Assembly: GCF_000142905.1 (NCBI RefSeq)
Contig: NW_013657666.1
Span: 382,631-446,630 of the forward strand
Length of the DNA stretch: 64,000 nt
Source of the DNA: Thecamonas trahens ATCC 50062
Taxonomy: Eukaryota > Protista > Apusomonadida
Direction: 5' to 3'
Of the stretch, positions 25,001 through 37,800 are shown one piece after another (positions within the stretch are counted from its first letter, which is position 1; every line of letters begins with the position of its first letter). Below the pieces are notes generated by a model, which saw only the letters and a program-made list of their open reading frames with translations, was not told the DNA's origin and ran no database searches. A program made the position numbers and the translations under genes.

Positions 25001-28000
25001 CTCCAGGCCGACTTGTGTCTCCTCGGCCGAGCGCGCGTCGGCCTGTGCCGTTGCGAGTGAGGCCTTGAGAGCGGCGACCTCACGGCTATGAGTTGCATTA
25101 GCATCCTGGGCGGCCAGTGCTGCATTTGAAGCTTGCTGGGCAAGCTCTGCCTCGAGCTCGATCACGCGGGCCTGTGCGGTCTCGGTGTCAGCGCGCGCCT
25201 TGGCCGCTGACTCGGTGGTGCGGGTAAGCTCGCGCGAGGCCACTTCAAGACGCGCCTCCAAGTCTTGCACTTGTTGCGAGGAGCGGTCCTGACTGAGTGC
25301 AGCCCGAGCGGCGGCGTGCTCTGCCAGGGCTAGGGCCGACTCGAGCTTGCGAATCTGATCCTCCAGAGACTCACATGTTGCACGCTCAGCATCAAGTTGC
25401 TGCTGGAGCATGTCGAGCGCGACTGCCGGGACTGTGCGTGTAGCCACCGGCTTGCGAGAAGAAGCGCTCTCAAGCTGTGCGCGAGCAGCGGCCAACTCCG
25501 ACGCAAGCGATTCGATTTTCCACGCGCAATTGTGGCGTTGAGCTGGGCAGCGCGCTCGGCAGCTGCCAGCTTGCTTCTGGTCACGAGTGCGTCCTTTTTG
25601 GCCTCGTCGTAAGAAGCAAGGGCAGCGGCGAGACGCGCCTCGAGCTTTGCAATGCGGACGTCAGCACGCTCCTGTGCTGCTGCCAGCGCACGCTCAGCCT
25701 GCGCCTGATCGGCCCGGGCGTTGGCCTTGACATGGTCGTTACCCGAGGCGGTGGAGCGAAGGGCAGCAAGCTGAGTGCGTGCAGCCTTTGCGTCAGCACG
25801 CGCGGCCTCTAGCGCTGGTCCATGCGCAGCAGCATCCAGCTGGAGAGCCTTTGCCTGAGATGTGGCCTCAGCGGCAGCAATGAGGGCGTCTTGCAGATCT
25901 GAGCGGAGCGAGTCGGCCACGCCTCGAGCGTCAGCAGCCTCAGCACGAGCGACAGCAACAAGCTCATCGGCATGAGCAGCAGCAACGGCAGCATCATTCA
26001 CAGACGCTGCTGCGGCAGCACGAGCAACCGAGAGCTCGGACTCTGCCTTCCGGAGCGCAAGGTCGAGATCGTCGCGGACAGCGGCAAGCGAGCTGATCTC
26101 GACGAGGCTCTCGTCAAGACGGGCCTGGAGAGCCGCAAGGGCACGCTGGTGGCTTTCGTCTGCGGCGCGTTGCTCGGTGTGCACAACGGCAGCAGCTCGG
26201 ATGGTAGAGAGCTCGGCCTCGATACTCTGGCGCTCGGCGTACGATGCGAGCAACTGGGTCTTCAGATTACGGATAGCAGACTGCGAAGCGGCTGCAGCGA
26301 GGGCCAGCTCCCGAAGGCTGTCAGAGTTGGCGAGCGACGCTCTCCGCTCGAGCTCGAGCTCACTACGTGTGTCGCGGAGCTGGGCGCCAAGAGCGTCGGC
26401 ATCGGACCGCGCAGCGTCGGCGGCAGTAGCCAAGCTCTCCACCTCAGCGGCGGCAGTAGACTTGGCTTCTGCAAGGGCGACCTCGGCGGCAAGGCGTGCC
26501 TTGTGCTCGGCATCAATGATGGCACGGGCCGACGCAAGCTCGTTTCGAGTGCGTGCAAGATCATCGCGGGCAGCGTCAAGGGCAACCCGGGTCGAGAGAA
26601 GCTCGTCACGAACAGCGGCGTCGCCGGAGCGGGTGCTGGCCCGGAGCGCCTCGGCGTCAGCGCGCGCAGCCTGAAGAGCCGCCGTGAGCGACTCGATCTC
26701 GGAGCGACGGACGGAATGCTCAGAAGCTGCAAGAGCACGTTCTGCGCCCAGCGTCTCGGTGGTGGTGGTAAGGTCGGCATTGAGCAAGTTGAGCTCGTGG
26801 CGCGCGTGCGTGAGCTCGTCTACCAGCGATTCGACATGGGCATCGCGGTCAGCGAGCAAGCCCTGGGCGCGTTCGAGCTGTGCAGTGAGCGACTCCACCG
26901 AAGCGTTGGAGCGGTAGATGACGTCGTTGGCAGAGGCAAGGTCAGCAGTCGCAGCCACTGCAGCAGCCTCGGCAGCCTCAAGGCGCGAGCGAAGTGCTGC
27001 GTTTGCTTCGACAGCAGTCTTGCGCGCGTCGTCTGCATCGGCAACAGCAAACGAGTTCGCATCCGACTGTGCGAGCGCAGCATCGAGACGCGACTTGAGC
27101 GCGTCAATTTCGCGGGCGGTGCGATGGGCAGCATCGGCAAGTTGGGCTTCGAACGACTGCGTTGTTGCCGCGGCCTCGATCTGCAGCTTCTCAACTGTGG
27201 CGCGGAGAGCGGCGGTGGCATCGTCGCGCTCGGCAAGAGCAGCACGGGCGTCACGAAGGTTGGCCTGCGCGGCATCGGCGGTGTCGCTGGCTTGAGCGAG
27301 TGCTGCTGCAGCCGCGGCCGACTCAGTCCGTGCATCGTCAAGCGCATTTGTGAGCGCAGCTTCGCGATCAGCAAGGGCGTTGACTTGAGCCTCGAGTCCA
27401 GCAATGGTTGTGCGGGCCTCGTTCAGGTCTGCCAACGCTGCAGCGGCCTCGCCCGACGCCAGACGGGCTGATGCCTGGGCACTGGCGGCGGCAGCGTTGG
27501 CAGCGTCTAGCGCAGCCTCCAGATCGATGTTGCCTTGGCCGGCGCGGTCGCGTGCCGCTTCTGCATCAGAATGTGCAGCCTCTTCAGCACGAAGCGAGGC
27601 AGCGAGCCTGGTCTGAAGCGCGTCGACGGTAGCAGCGTGTGAGCGCGTGGCCTGCTCAGCAGCGCGGGTGGCATCGTCAAGGGCAGCCTCGAGGTGAGCG
27701 GCCCGAGCACGCGCGCCCTCTGCGGCGGCCAAAGCGACAGTCCGTTCCCGCTGCAGCTCTGCGCGCTCGTTGGCATACACATCCTGTGCGGCCTCGAGAG
27801 TTGCGATTCGGCGAGAAGAAGACTCGGCGCGGGATTGTGCCTGTGCTAGGGCAGCAGTGGCGACTGCAGCGGCGTGCTTCGCCTTCTCGCTGCGAGATGA
27901 GAGGGCATCAATCTGCGCCTCAAGGTTTGCAACACGGGCGACGGCGGCGTCACGGGCGAGAGCGGTCTCTTGGAGCTCTTGCTGGGCAGCGCGGAGCTGG

Positions 28001-31000
28001 CTGCGGGCCGCCTCTGTCTCCGTCACTAGCTCGGTGACTTGTGCAGCCATGGTGATTGCATCCGTGTCAAGCGAGGCAAGACGGGCAGCCTCTGCAGTGA
28101 GCTTGGACTCGTAAGAGGCAGTGAGCGACTCGAGCTCGTTGGCGAGCGAAAGACGAGCGGCCTCTGCAGCGGATGTGTCCCCTTGCGCGGAGGCCAGTCC
28201 CTCACCAGCAGCCGTGAGCTTGTTTTCCAAGTCTGTGATTCGGGCTTGGAGTGTCTCGGCGCGTGAGTGTGCGTCCTCGAGCTGGGCAGTTAGCTCTGCA
28301 GCATGACTATCGGCATCGGCAGCATCGTTCTGCCGGGCAGTGAGGGCAGTGTTGAGCTCAGTGGCGAGACTGGCAGCCTTGGCCTCGAGCTTTGCAACGA
28401 CAGCAGTTGATAAGTCGTGCTCGGATTGGAGCGCGGCGAGTTGCGCTTCCAACTTTGCACGATCGGCTTCGGCGACACGGGCGCGAGCGGCGCTCTCGTC
28501 TACGTTGGACGAGAGTGACGCCGTCTCGCTGGTGAGCGTCTGGGTGAGGGCAGCAACACGATCAAGCGCCTCAACCTTGGCGCGTTCGGAAGCCTCAAGC
28601 GCGGCAGCAAGTCGGATGGCGTCCTCGGAGGAGGAGGAGGCTGCTGCCGAGGCATCGCGCAGCACAACCTCGAGCTCTGCCACGCGAGCAGCGTAGCGCT
28701 CGGCCGCCGCAGCAGCGGTAACAGCCTGCGCGGCCGAGCCGGCATGCTCGGCCTCGAGGGCGTCGAGTGCGGCCGATGAAGCTTCAGAGGCCTCAGAGTG
28801 CTTGCGGATGGAGGCCTCGAGGGCGGCAATGGTAGAGGCTGCGGCCTCTGCATCGCGCTCGTTGCGAGCGGTGGCCGACTCCAGCTGTGAGGCCAGATAA
28901 GCGGATTGCTCACCAGCTGAGGCTAGGTCTGCGCGGACGGCCTTGAGCTCGGCGGTCAACGCATCGCGTTCGGCAGTGAGCTTTGCGACGTCGGCGTGCG
29001 CGGCAGCGAGTTGAGTAGTCAGTGAGTCTGATGAGAGCGAGGCTTCTGTGGCTTGCGAGCGGAGGGTCGAGAGCTCCGTGTCGAGGCTTGCAGCACGCGA
29101 CTTCTCTGAGACAAGGTCTGCCTCGAGGGCACTGCGGTTGGCGAGGGCAGCAGAGAGATCGGCGTCCTTTGCGCGGAGGGAGGCGGTGAGCTCGGCAAGC
29201 TTGTCGGCAAGGGCCGAGGCCTGGGCCTCGGAGAGTGACGACGATTCTTGCAAGGCAGCCTTGAGAGTCTCGATGACAGGCTGGAGAGCAGCAGTGTCAC
29301 GCGCGTGAGTCTCAACGAGGGCGGCACCCTCGGCAACAGCGTCCTGGGCGATACAGCGGTAGTCTTCGAGGAGCTCAGCAGCAGCGGCAGCGGCGGCAGA
29401 CGAGGTTGCCTGGGCAGCAGCAGCGTTGAGGAACTTGGTCTCTGCAGCGGCAAGACGAGCGGCTAGGGTGGCTTCTTCGGACGATGCGGCCTCAAGGAGC
29501 GAATGAGTATGGGTCATCGAGGCGTGGACATCTTCGAGCTGCTCGGCGAGCGAACGAGAGGTGTCGCGCTCGGCAGCGAGATCGGCGTGTACCGAAGAGA
29601 GCTTTGCCGTGGCCATGTCAAGCTCGTCCTTGATCTGGGCACGCTCCAAAGCTGACTCCTCAGCAGAGCGAGTCAGCTTCTCGGTGAGGACGTTGACCGC
29701 GACGCGCTTCTCGTCAAGATCAGACTTGAGGTGCTTGATCTCGGCGTCGAGTTCGATAAGCTCGGCGTTGGCGTCGTCAAGGGCTTCGAGTGCGAGGTCC
29801 CGCTCGGATTGAGCGGCGACAAGCTCGGTCTGTGTCGAGGTCAGCGTCGACTCGGTGTCGGCGACCTTGGCCTGTGCAGCCTCCAGCTCGGCCTGTGTCG
29901 AGGTCAGCGTCGACTCGGTGTCGGCGACCTTGGCCTGCTGCGCCTGCAGCTCGGCCTGTGTCGAGGTCAGCGTCGATTCGGTGTCGGCGACCTTGGCCTG
30001 TGCGGCCTCCAGCTCGGCCTGTGTCGAGGTCAGCGTCGACTCGGTGTCGGCGACCTTGGCCTGCGCGGCCTCCAGCTCGGCCTGTGTCGAGGTCAGCGTC
30101 GACTCGGTGTCGGCGACCTTGGCCTGCGCAGCCTCCAGCTCGGCTTGCGTCGCCTCCAGCTGCGCCTGCAGCTCGGCCTGTGTCGAGGTCAGCGTCGACT
30201 CGGTGTCGGCGACCTTGGCCTGTGCGGCCTCCAGCTCGGCCTGGGTCGAGGTCAGCGTCGACTCGGTGTCGGCGACCTTGGCCTGCGCAGCCTCCAGCTC
30301 GGCCTGTGTCGAGGTCAGCGTCGACTCGGTGTCGGCGACCTTGGCCTGCTGCGCCTCCAGCTCGGCCTGTGTCGAGGTCAGCGTCGACTCGGTGTCGGCG
30401 ACCTTGGCCTGCTGCGCCTCCAGCTCGGCCTGTGTCGAGGTCAGCGTCGATTCGGTGTCGGCGACCTTGGCCTGTGCGGCCTCCAGCTCGGTTTGCGTCG
30501 CCTCCAGCTGCGCCTGCAGCTCGGCCTGTGTCGAGGTCAGCGTCGATTCGGTGTCGGCGACCTTGGCCTGTGCGGCCTCCAGCTCGGCCTGTGTCGAGGT
30601 CAGCGTCGACTCGGTGTCGGCGACCTTGGCCTGCGCGGCCTCCAGCTCGGCCTGTGTCGAGGTCAGCGTCGACTCGGTGTCGGCGACCTTGGCCTGCGCA
30701 GCCTGCAGCTCGGCCTGTGTCGAGGTCAGCGTCGATTCGGTGTCGGCGACCTTGGCCTGTGCGGCCTCCAGCTCGGTTTGCGTCGCCTCCAGCTGCGCCT
30801 GCAGCTCGGCCTGTGTCGAGGTCAGCGTCGACTCGGTGTCGGCGACCTTGGCCTGCGCAGCCTCCAGCTCGGCCTGTGTCGAGGTCAGCGTCGATTCAGT
30901 GTCGGCGACCTTGGCCTGTGCAGCCTCCAGCTCGGTTTGCGTCGCCTCCAGCTGCGCCTGCAGCTCGGCCTGTGTCGAGGTCAGCGTCGACTCGGTGTCG

Positions 31001-34000
31001 GCGACCTTGGCCTGTGCGGCCTCCAGCTCGGCCTGTGTCGAGGTCAGCGTCGACTCGGTGTCGGCGACCTTGGCCTGCGCAGCCTCCAGCTCGGTTTGCG
31101 TCGCCTCCAGCTGCGCCTGTGTCGACGCAGCTTCGGCAACCTTGCCCTGGAGCTTGACAGTCACAGTCTCCGCATTGCAGCGAGCATCCGCGAGCTGCCT
31201 CTCCAGCTCAGCGATCATGCTCTGTGAGTTGTGTGCTGCCTCAGCTCCAGCATCGCGCTCGGCCTCGAGCTCCCTCACTCGGTCGAGCGCCGATTCCAGC
31301 TCGGCCTTGAGCGCTTGCAGATCGCCCGCGAGCGCATCGCGCCTGGCTTCAGCTTTGCGCAGCAGGCTCTTCAGCGCGTCACACTGCGCCTCCAGCTCAG
31401 CGTACTCGTCGTTGGCATCATCAAGTGCCGCCAACGCTGTGTCGCGCTCAGCCCGCATCCTGCGCGCCTGCTTGAGCGCGTTCTCGTACCGCGCCGTCAG
31501 CGCCGCGCACTCCGAGTTGGCACTCCCCAGCCGCCGGCGTAGCTCATCGAGCTCGCGCTCCAAGCGGGTGGCTGCAGAGCGCGCCGCTGTAAGCTTCTGG
31601 TGCGCGTGGGCGTCAGCCTCGGCCGCGGCCTCGGCTGCTGCTGCCGCCGCCGCTCGCATCTCTGTCATCTCCTGCTCCAGACCGCGCACTCCAGAGCGCG
31701 CGTTGGCAAGCTCTGCCTGTGCGGCCGTGTTGGCCGCCTCGGCTTCGCGCCGCAGCGCATCGAGCTTAGCCTTGGTCTCTGCAAGCCGCTGCTCAAGATG
31801 AGTCGCCGTCTGCCGTGCCGCTGTCAGCTCACGCTCGGCCTCTGACGACGTCCGATCCGATGCCCGCTTGAGCTTGGCAAGCTCTGCTTTGGTGCTGTCC
31901 AGTTGGTGTTCGAGTCGTGTTCCCGAGTTGCGCGCGGCCGTCAGCTCGCGATCCGCCTTGTCGTGGGCGGCCTTGGCTGCGCTCAGCTCACGCCGCAACT
32001 CGGCGCTTGTCTCGCGAGCCTCATCGCACCTGGCTCGTGAGCTCACCAGATCGGCTTGCAACTTGGCCACGCGCTCGCCCTCGCTCGCAGCGACGCCCTT
32101 GACCTTGCGCTCAAGCTCGGCTCGTTCCGCAGTCAGCACAGCAATCTGCGACTCGAGGCTAGAGACCGTGTTCGACAGCTCGTCAATGTCGCCCTCGTAC
32201 TCGTCTAGCGTTGTCAGCAACGAGTCGGTAGACTCCTTCGACTCTGCCATTTCAGCCTGTGCACTCGCTAGCTCGGCCTCCAGCTCCGCAATCCGTAGCT
32301 CGGCCTGCGCACCTTGCTGCGCGTCGACCAGCTGCGCTTCCAGCGCCCTGTTTGTACCGCGGAGACCGGCCGCCTCTTCGCGGAGCGCTGCAAACGCCGC
32401 TGCATCGCTGGCGTGTGCTGCAGTCTTGTCCGCAAGCTGCTGCTCGTACATAGCAATCAGCTCCTCGTGATCACTCGCCTCAAACGCCGCAACCTTGAGT
32501 CGTGCCTGTAGCAGCTCGTCGGAGAGCTCAGCAATCGTGCTCTCTAGCCCCTCGTTGGTCAGCGAAAGCTCCATGACCACAGACTGAAGCGCCTTGGTAT
32601 CGTGGAGGCCGGACGAGAGGAGCTCTTCCCAACGCGCCTTTTGGGAGTCAATGAGCGCTGAGAGCCGCGTCTTGTCGTCGTTGAGCTTGCGAACAAGCAG
32701 ACGTTCAGACTCGAGCTGCTTGCGCAGAAGCGCGAGCTCGGTGCCCGGAGCCGCGTTTGACAGCATCCGCGACGACGGCCTCAGCGACTTGCCTCGTGCA
32801 AGCCTCGCCCGCCGGTCCGCCACAGACCGCGAGCCCGGCGGCGGTGTTGCAGGCGGTAGCTCCGGTGACTCGGCAGACTTGGGCGATCCGATTGCTCCAA
32901 ACGTCTGGATCGACGCGTGGTAGTTGTTTGCCGTTGCTTTGGCCCGGTTGAGCGCCGTCTGCTGCGCCTTGAGAAGCTCGGCAAGCTCGCGCCGCAGCGC
33001 AGACAGCTCACTGGCATACAGCTGCTCAATGCGTGCAAGCTGCGACGGATGGGCAAGACCACCGCCAAGCGGCGGGTACTTGTAGCCCGATCCTGACACC
33101 ACCCTCCGGGACTTGCTGCTCCGCACCCGCGGCACCTTGCCCTGCAGATCGTTGCCGTCAAAGAAGAGCGTCTCAAGCGCAAGGAGCTTGGTCAAGTCAG
33201 GCAGCTGAGTCAGGCGATTGTCCGCAACATTGAGCTCGATGAGCTGCGTCAGTTGCAGGAGCGACGGCGGCAGCTCGACAATTTGGTTCTTCGGCACAGA
33301 GAGCCCCAGCAGCGAGGTCATCCGCCCAATATCGTCCGGGAGCCCCGTGAGTCGGTTGGCCCGAAGGTACAGCCATTGCAGATGTGGCAGCCTTGTCAGT
33401 TCGTCCGGCAGCGCTGTCAGTGCGTTGAACGCAAGGCTCAGCTTGGTCAAATTGGTCAGCGCATCGATGCTGGTCGGTAGCGTCGTCAGCGTGTTGCGCG
33501 AGAGGTCCATCTCCTCCACAAACGCCAGCAGCTCCGGCAACATCGGTTCCAGATACTCAATGCCGCCGTTGGAGAGCTTGAGCCCAGTCCGCGCCCGGCT
33601 GATCAGCGACTCTGCTCTGCTCAGGATCTTCTTGGTTTGGCCCGTCAGCCTCCCCTTGAGTGCGTGCTTGATGCCGTGCCGGCACCGCTTGAGCAGTGCT
33701 GGCGTCGTTCGCTTCACATGCTCGTGGCTGATCTTGCGGACCGGCTTGGGAACGAGCCAACAGAGGCGATCGAGCCGGTCGCTGACCGTGACGACGACTC
33801 GGATATCGCGTCCTCGTTGCGGTCAATGACGGTGACGGCTGCAGAACCTGTCGACGCGTCGGACATGTTCGACATGTTCGATCCCATCCGCCGGTGTCGG
33901 TTGCGGCCTCGTCCACTCTCAGGCAGTGTCAGCACCGCAGACTCGGAGATGGACGGCAGCGTCGGCGCCGCTGACGACGACGCCTCACCAGCATGTCCCT

Positions 34001-34305
34001 CGCTCACCACCGCGGCCACAGCCTTGACCAGAGCCTGCGCCCGCCCCGGAAGCGAGTCTGACAACACCACAAGCTTGTGGTGGCACTTCTGTGCATCACC
34101 AAGCGTACTGACAAGCTGTCTATGCAGCTCGTCAGCCTTGGTGCTCTGTCCGTCCTCCCGCCCCAGACCCCCGCCGGTCCCACCGCCGGCCCGACGCCAG
34201 CCACCGCACACAGCCCAAAGCAGCCCATTCTCTCGCATTAGTCCACACCCTTCCCCACTACGCCTCTCCACTACACTGCAGCACTCCACACAGACGTACT
34301 GCCAT
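4009..34305 (-). CDS. Giant (~10,000 aa) protein with N-terminal leucine-rich repeats followed by an Ala/Glu-rich coiled coil. Model: ATG GCA (34305..34300), intron 34299..34146, then five ORF segments joined across four frame breaks (~33749, ~25517, ~19930, ~10199)
   Basis: ORFs 33714-34502, 25330-33717, 19688-25495, 10143-19901 and 4009-10188 overlap end to end on the same strand. Each needs the same -1 correction and the heptad-like sequence continues across each junction. GTACGT donor at 34299 and CAG acceptor at 34146 give MASTKADELHRQL. Confidence 0.75.
5335..5735 (-). repeat. 105-bp (35-aa) coding tandem repeat, about 4 copies
   Basis: Unit DARAEQAEAEVKR(A/T)(V/M)AEAAEAKQAAADAETRAKQS. 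The nucleotide motif CGAGCGTCAGACTGCTTGGC recurs at 5411, 5516 and 5621. Confidence 0.9.
11980..12947 (-). repeat. Near-identical ~338-bp internal duplication (11980-12317 and 12610-12947), 630-bp period
   Basis: AEARAADAEATAANAMAKHKQARKETSTALETADAAQRAVAEATRR...AEARAAEAE occurs twice, with nearly identical DNA. Confidence 0.9.
29822..31125 (-). repeat. 63-bp (21-aa) coding tandem array, 18 units, with four interspersed 33-bp (11-aa) inserts
   Basis: ELEAAQAKVADTESTLTSTQA x18 with ELQAQLEATQ(T/A) inserts, counted from the translation. Confidence 0.95.
33140..33580 (-). other. Leucine-rich repeat domain (~6 LRRs) of the giant protein
   Basis: LxxLxLxxNxLxxLP repeats: MDLSRNTLTTLP, LSLAFNALTALP, LYLRANRLTGLP, LSVPKNQIVELP, LNVADNRLTQLP, LFFDGNDL. 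Confidence 0.9.
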
Positions 34306-34881
34306 CTTGCTGCAGGACAACTGTGCCCTCTGCTTACAGCCAAGCCCGCAGGGCGTTTGGTCTGCTGTGGCGCACCAGCAGCTCGATCATGTCGAGCCGT
34401 CACCAAATGACTCATTCCCGCTCGCGCGAAAACGCCCGCTCCGCCTCGGGCTGACAGGTCAGCCGCGGGCCGGCGTTGTTGAGGCAACTTCTTGTTTTGC
34501 ATGCCAAACCTAGCCCAGACCTCGTCTCAGCCGGAAGGATCGGAAGCTTGTCTCTCTCCAGCAAACGACATCGAGACACAACTTGCAGTTAGATACGTGC
34601 AACTGGTTGCTGCATCAGATCCGCGAGCTGCATGGACGGTACCGTGCCGAACTCCCGAATGGCAGAGCATATCATGTGCCGGTCTCGTGCCCCTCAATGC
34701 CAGAAAAAACCGATTTTTGCCAAGTGACCCACACCTTCTTTGCAACCTTGCAACTCTTGACGTAGGACAGCCACCCCCTCCCCCCACTCCCTTTCCTACA
34801 CGCTCTACACACACACGCACGCACACACAAACACACACACACACACACACACACACAAGTACAACATACACCACCACCAAC

Positions 34882-37800
34882 ATGATGTTAACCACGTATG
34901 GCTCTCGGCCGTGTTGGCGAGGGCGGTTTGGTGTGGTCGGAGTGGCTGCCGTGCTGGCTGTCTTGATGGCTCTTGGTGCTTGTGACGCTGCCACGCTGAC
35001 GGTGCCGACAGCTGGCTATTCCATCCAGAACATCATTGCGGTTGTGGAGAGCGCAGCAGATGGCGACATAGTGGAGATTGGCCCGGGAAAGTGGACAAAC
35101 TGTTCGTCCCCCATCACCGGTCGTGGTCTTGGCATCACCCTCACCCTCACCGGGGCCGGCATGGGCACCACCATCCTCGACTGCGAGCTCTCTAACCACA
35201 TCCTCAGTGCCGTACCCGACTTTGACAACTGGACCATTCGAGAGTTGACCATTCTGCGATCGGGCTCTGTCACGGATGCAGTCGAAACGAAGGGCGGGGT
35301 CATCCTGGTCAAACCTGGTTCATCGATCACCTTTGAATGCGTTGAGATGGCCGAGTGCGCTCGGTCGGGGCTGTCGCCCGCCACCTATAAGGGCGGTGCG
35401 GTCCATGTCAACGCCAACGGCTACGTGGGCTTTATCAACTCAATCATACGCGACTCGTACACCTCTGGCCAAGGGGGAGCCATCACCATGACCAATGGTG
35501 CTAATGTGCTCTTCGACAACACTACTATTGCAAACTGTTCGGCCGACGCCGGTGGTGCCATGCGCGCCGCGGGCGGCCTGCTTATCATCCGAGATGGCGG
35601 TCTGCTGGTCACAGGCTGCACTGCCAGCCAGGCCGGCGGCATTTTGCTACGTGGCGCCACGCTCGCGGGAAACGGGACGATCACATTGCGAAACAACGTG
35701 GCGACGACGGCCGACGGCGGCGGGATTTCCATCGAGACCGACCGCACCAACGGTACCATCGGTGCCATTGTCGCCACCGGAAACTCGGCCGCAGGTTGCG
35801 GGGGCGGCGTGTACTGGGGCAACGGTGCCGAGTTGGACGTGCCCGGAGGAGTGGTTTCTTCTGGCAACACCGCCATGGACGGCGGTGGCATCTGCTTTGC
35901 CAAGGGTCAAAAGGTCGAGTACGTCTTCCTCAACTCGCGGAGCAACATGACTGGCAACACCGCTATCCGATACGGCGGTGGCGTGTATGTGTCAACCGAA
36001 GCAACGTGGATGATCATGGATGGCGTGACTGTTACCGACAACACTGCTGACGACGGGTCTGGCGTGTTTGTTGATTCCGGCGGCAAGAACGTCAAGCCGC
36101 GCCTGTTCAACATGGTCATCACGCGCAACTTTTCCCCCAACGGCGGAGCTCTCGCCCTCGCCCACCATTCCAATTCCGATGTCGATACCGCAGGCACAGT
36201 CTCGTGCGGCAACCACGGGGCCAACAATGAGCATGTTGACGTCCACTGTCACGGGCCGAGCCGTTTGGTCAACCCGGTTCCGGGAGGGTGCAACCAGGGC
36301 ACCCGCTGTCTGCGTGCGAGCTCGGCATGCACACTCGAGGCCACATGCTCAGCGGCGTGTCCCACAGGCTGGACTGGGACTCGTTGTGAGCTTAAGACCA
36401 ACTGTGCTACTGACTGGGGAAACTCGAGCTGTGCTGAGTGTAGCTCTGGATGGTGGACCACCTCGGCGCCCGGCCCCGAGTATGGAACCTGCATTGTTGC
36501 GCCGAGCCCGCCGCCGCCGAGTCCTCCTCCTCCGCCGCCTAGCCCTCCGCCGCCGCCGCCGTCATCGCCGCCGCCGCCTCCGAGCCCTCCACCGCCTCCG
36601 CCGCCGAGTCCTCCTCCGCCGCCTCCGAGCCCTCCGCCGCCTCCGAGCCCTCCACCGCCTCCGCCGCCGCCATCGCCGCCATCGCCGCCGCCGCCTCCGA
36701 GTCCTCCTCCGCCGCCGCCATCGCCGCCACCGCCTCCGAGCCCTCCACCGCCTCCACCGCCGAGTCCTCCTCCGCCGCCTCCGAGCCCTCCACCGCCTCC
36801 GCCACCGAGTCCCCCTCCGCCGCCTCCGAGCCCTCCGCCGCCGCCGCCGCCATCGCTGCCGCCGCCTCCGAGCCCTCCGCCGCCGCCTCCGAGCCCTCCG
36901 CCGCCGCCGCCGCCATCGCCGCCACCGCCTCCGAGCCCTCCACCGCCTCCGCCGCCGAGTCCTCCTTCGCCGCCTCCGAGCCCTCCTCCTCCGCCGCCGC
37001 CGAGTCCCCCTCCTCCGCCACCGAGCCCTCCGCCGCCGCCGCCGCCATCGCCGCCGCCGCCGCCGAGCCCTCCGCCGCCGCCACCAAGCCCTCCGCCGCC
37101 ATCACCTCCGCCGCCGCCGCCGCTCTCGCCATCGCCTCCACCGCCACCGCCACCATCGCCGCCGCCTCCGCCAAGCCTTCCGCCGCCACCGCCACCATCG
37201 CCTCCTCCGCCGTCGCCGAGCCCTCCACCACCACCACCGCCTTCACCCCCGCCACCGCCACCACCACCACCACCGCAGGCCGGCCCCAAGGTTCCTGATC
37301 CGGTCTCGTGGACCCTCTCTCCATCCGTGTCGCCGTTTGCAGGCGGCGTGGCCATGGTGCTGACACGAACACGAGCGACTCCGCGGCTCCCTGACTTTGT
37401 TGTCGGCAGTGGCTACGAGCTGAGCATGCCTGTGTTTGCAGACGACGGTGATGATGAGCCTGTCTACACGGCCACATTGCCTTGCGTAGTCGCCGGACCG
37501 AACACGCTGGCCTTTGTCTCGGCAGCGTCCAACAAGACTGGCTATCACTCGCTGGCGCTCGTAGCCGCGCTGGGTTCACGGCACCGCCTGCCGCAGCTCA
37601 TCACCTACGTCGAACACGAATGCTACGACGAAGGCTTTGTTTGGTACGGTGGCCGTTGCCAGCCGTGCTCGCGGTTCAAGGGTGCGCACTGTCCTGGCGG
37701 GGCGCGATTCTGGCCGATGGCAGGCTACTGGTCGCCGTCCGAGTCTGTCCCGCCGACAAAGTGCCGGCTGCCGTCGGCGTGTCCCGGATCGGTGGGGGAG

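Noticed and set aside
29822-31125. Regular repeat array as a CRISPR array
   Set aside because: Units are contiguous with no unique spacers, are in-frame coding, lie in a eukaryotic gene, and no cas genes are present.
4070-33829. Many long plus-strand ORFs (Ser/Ala/Arg-rich) opposite the giant gene
   Set aside because: These are antisense shadows of GC-rich, Ala/Glu-biased coding sequence, with no independent motifs.
34808-34857. (CA)n microsatellites here and at ~53955-53998, and (GAT)n at ~2150-2183
   Set aside because: Ordinary simple repeats in UTR, intron or intergenic DNA.
36249-37579. Poly-Gly, poly-Arg and Ala/Glu ORFs overlapping the Ser-Pro stalk
   Set aside because: These are alternative frames of the CCG-rich repeat.
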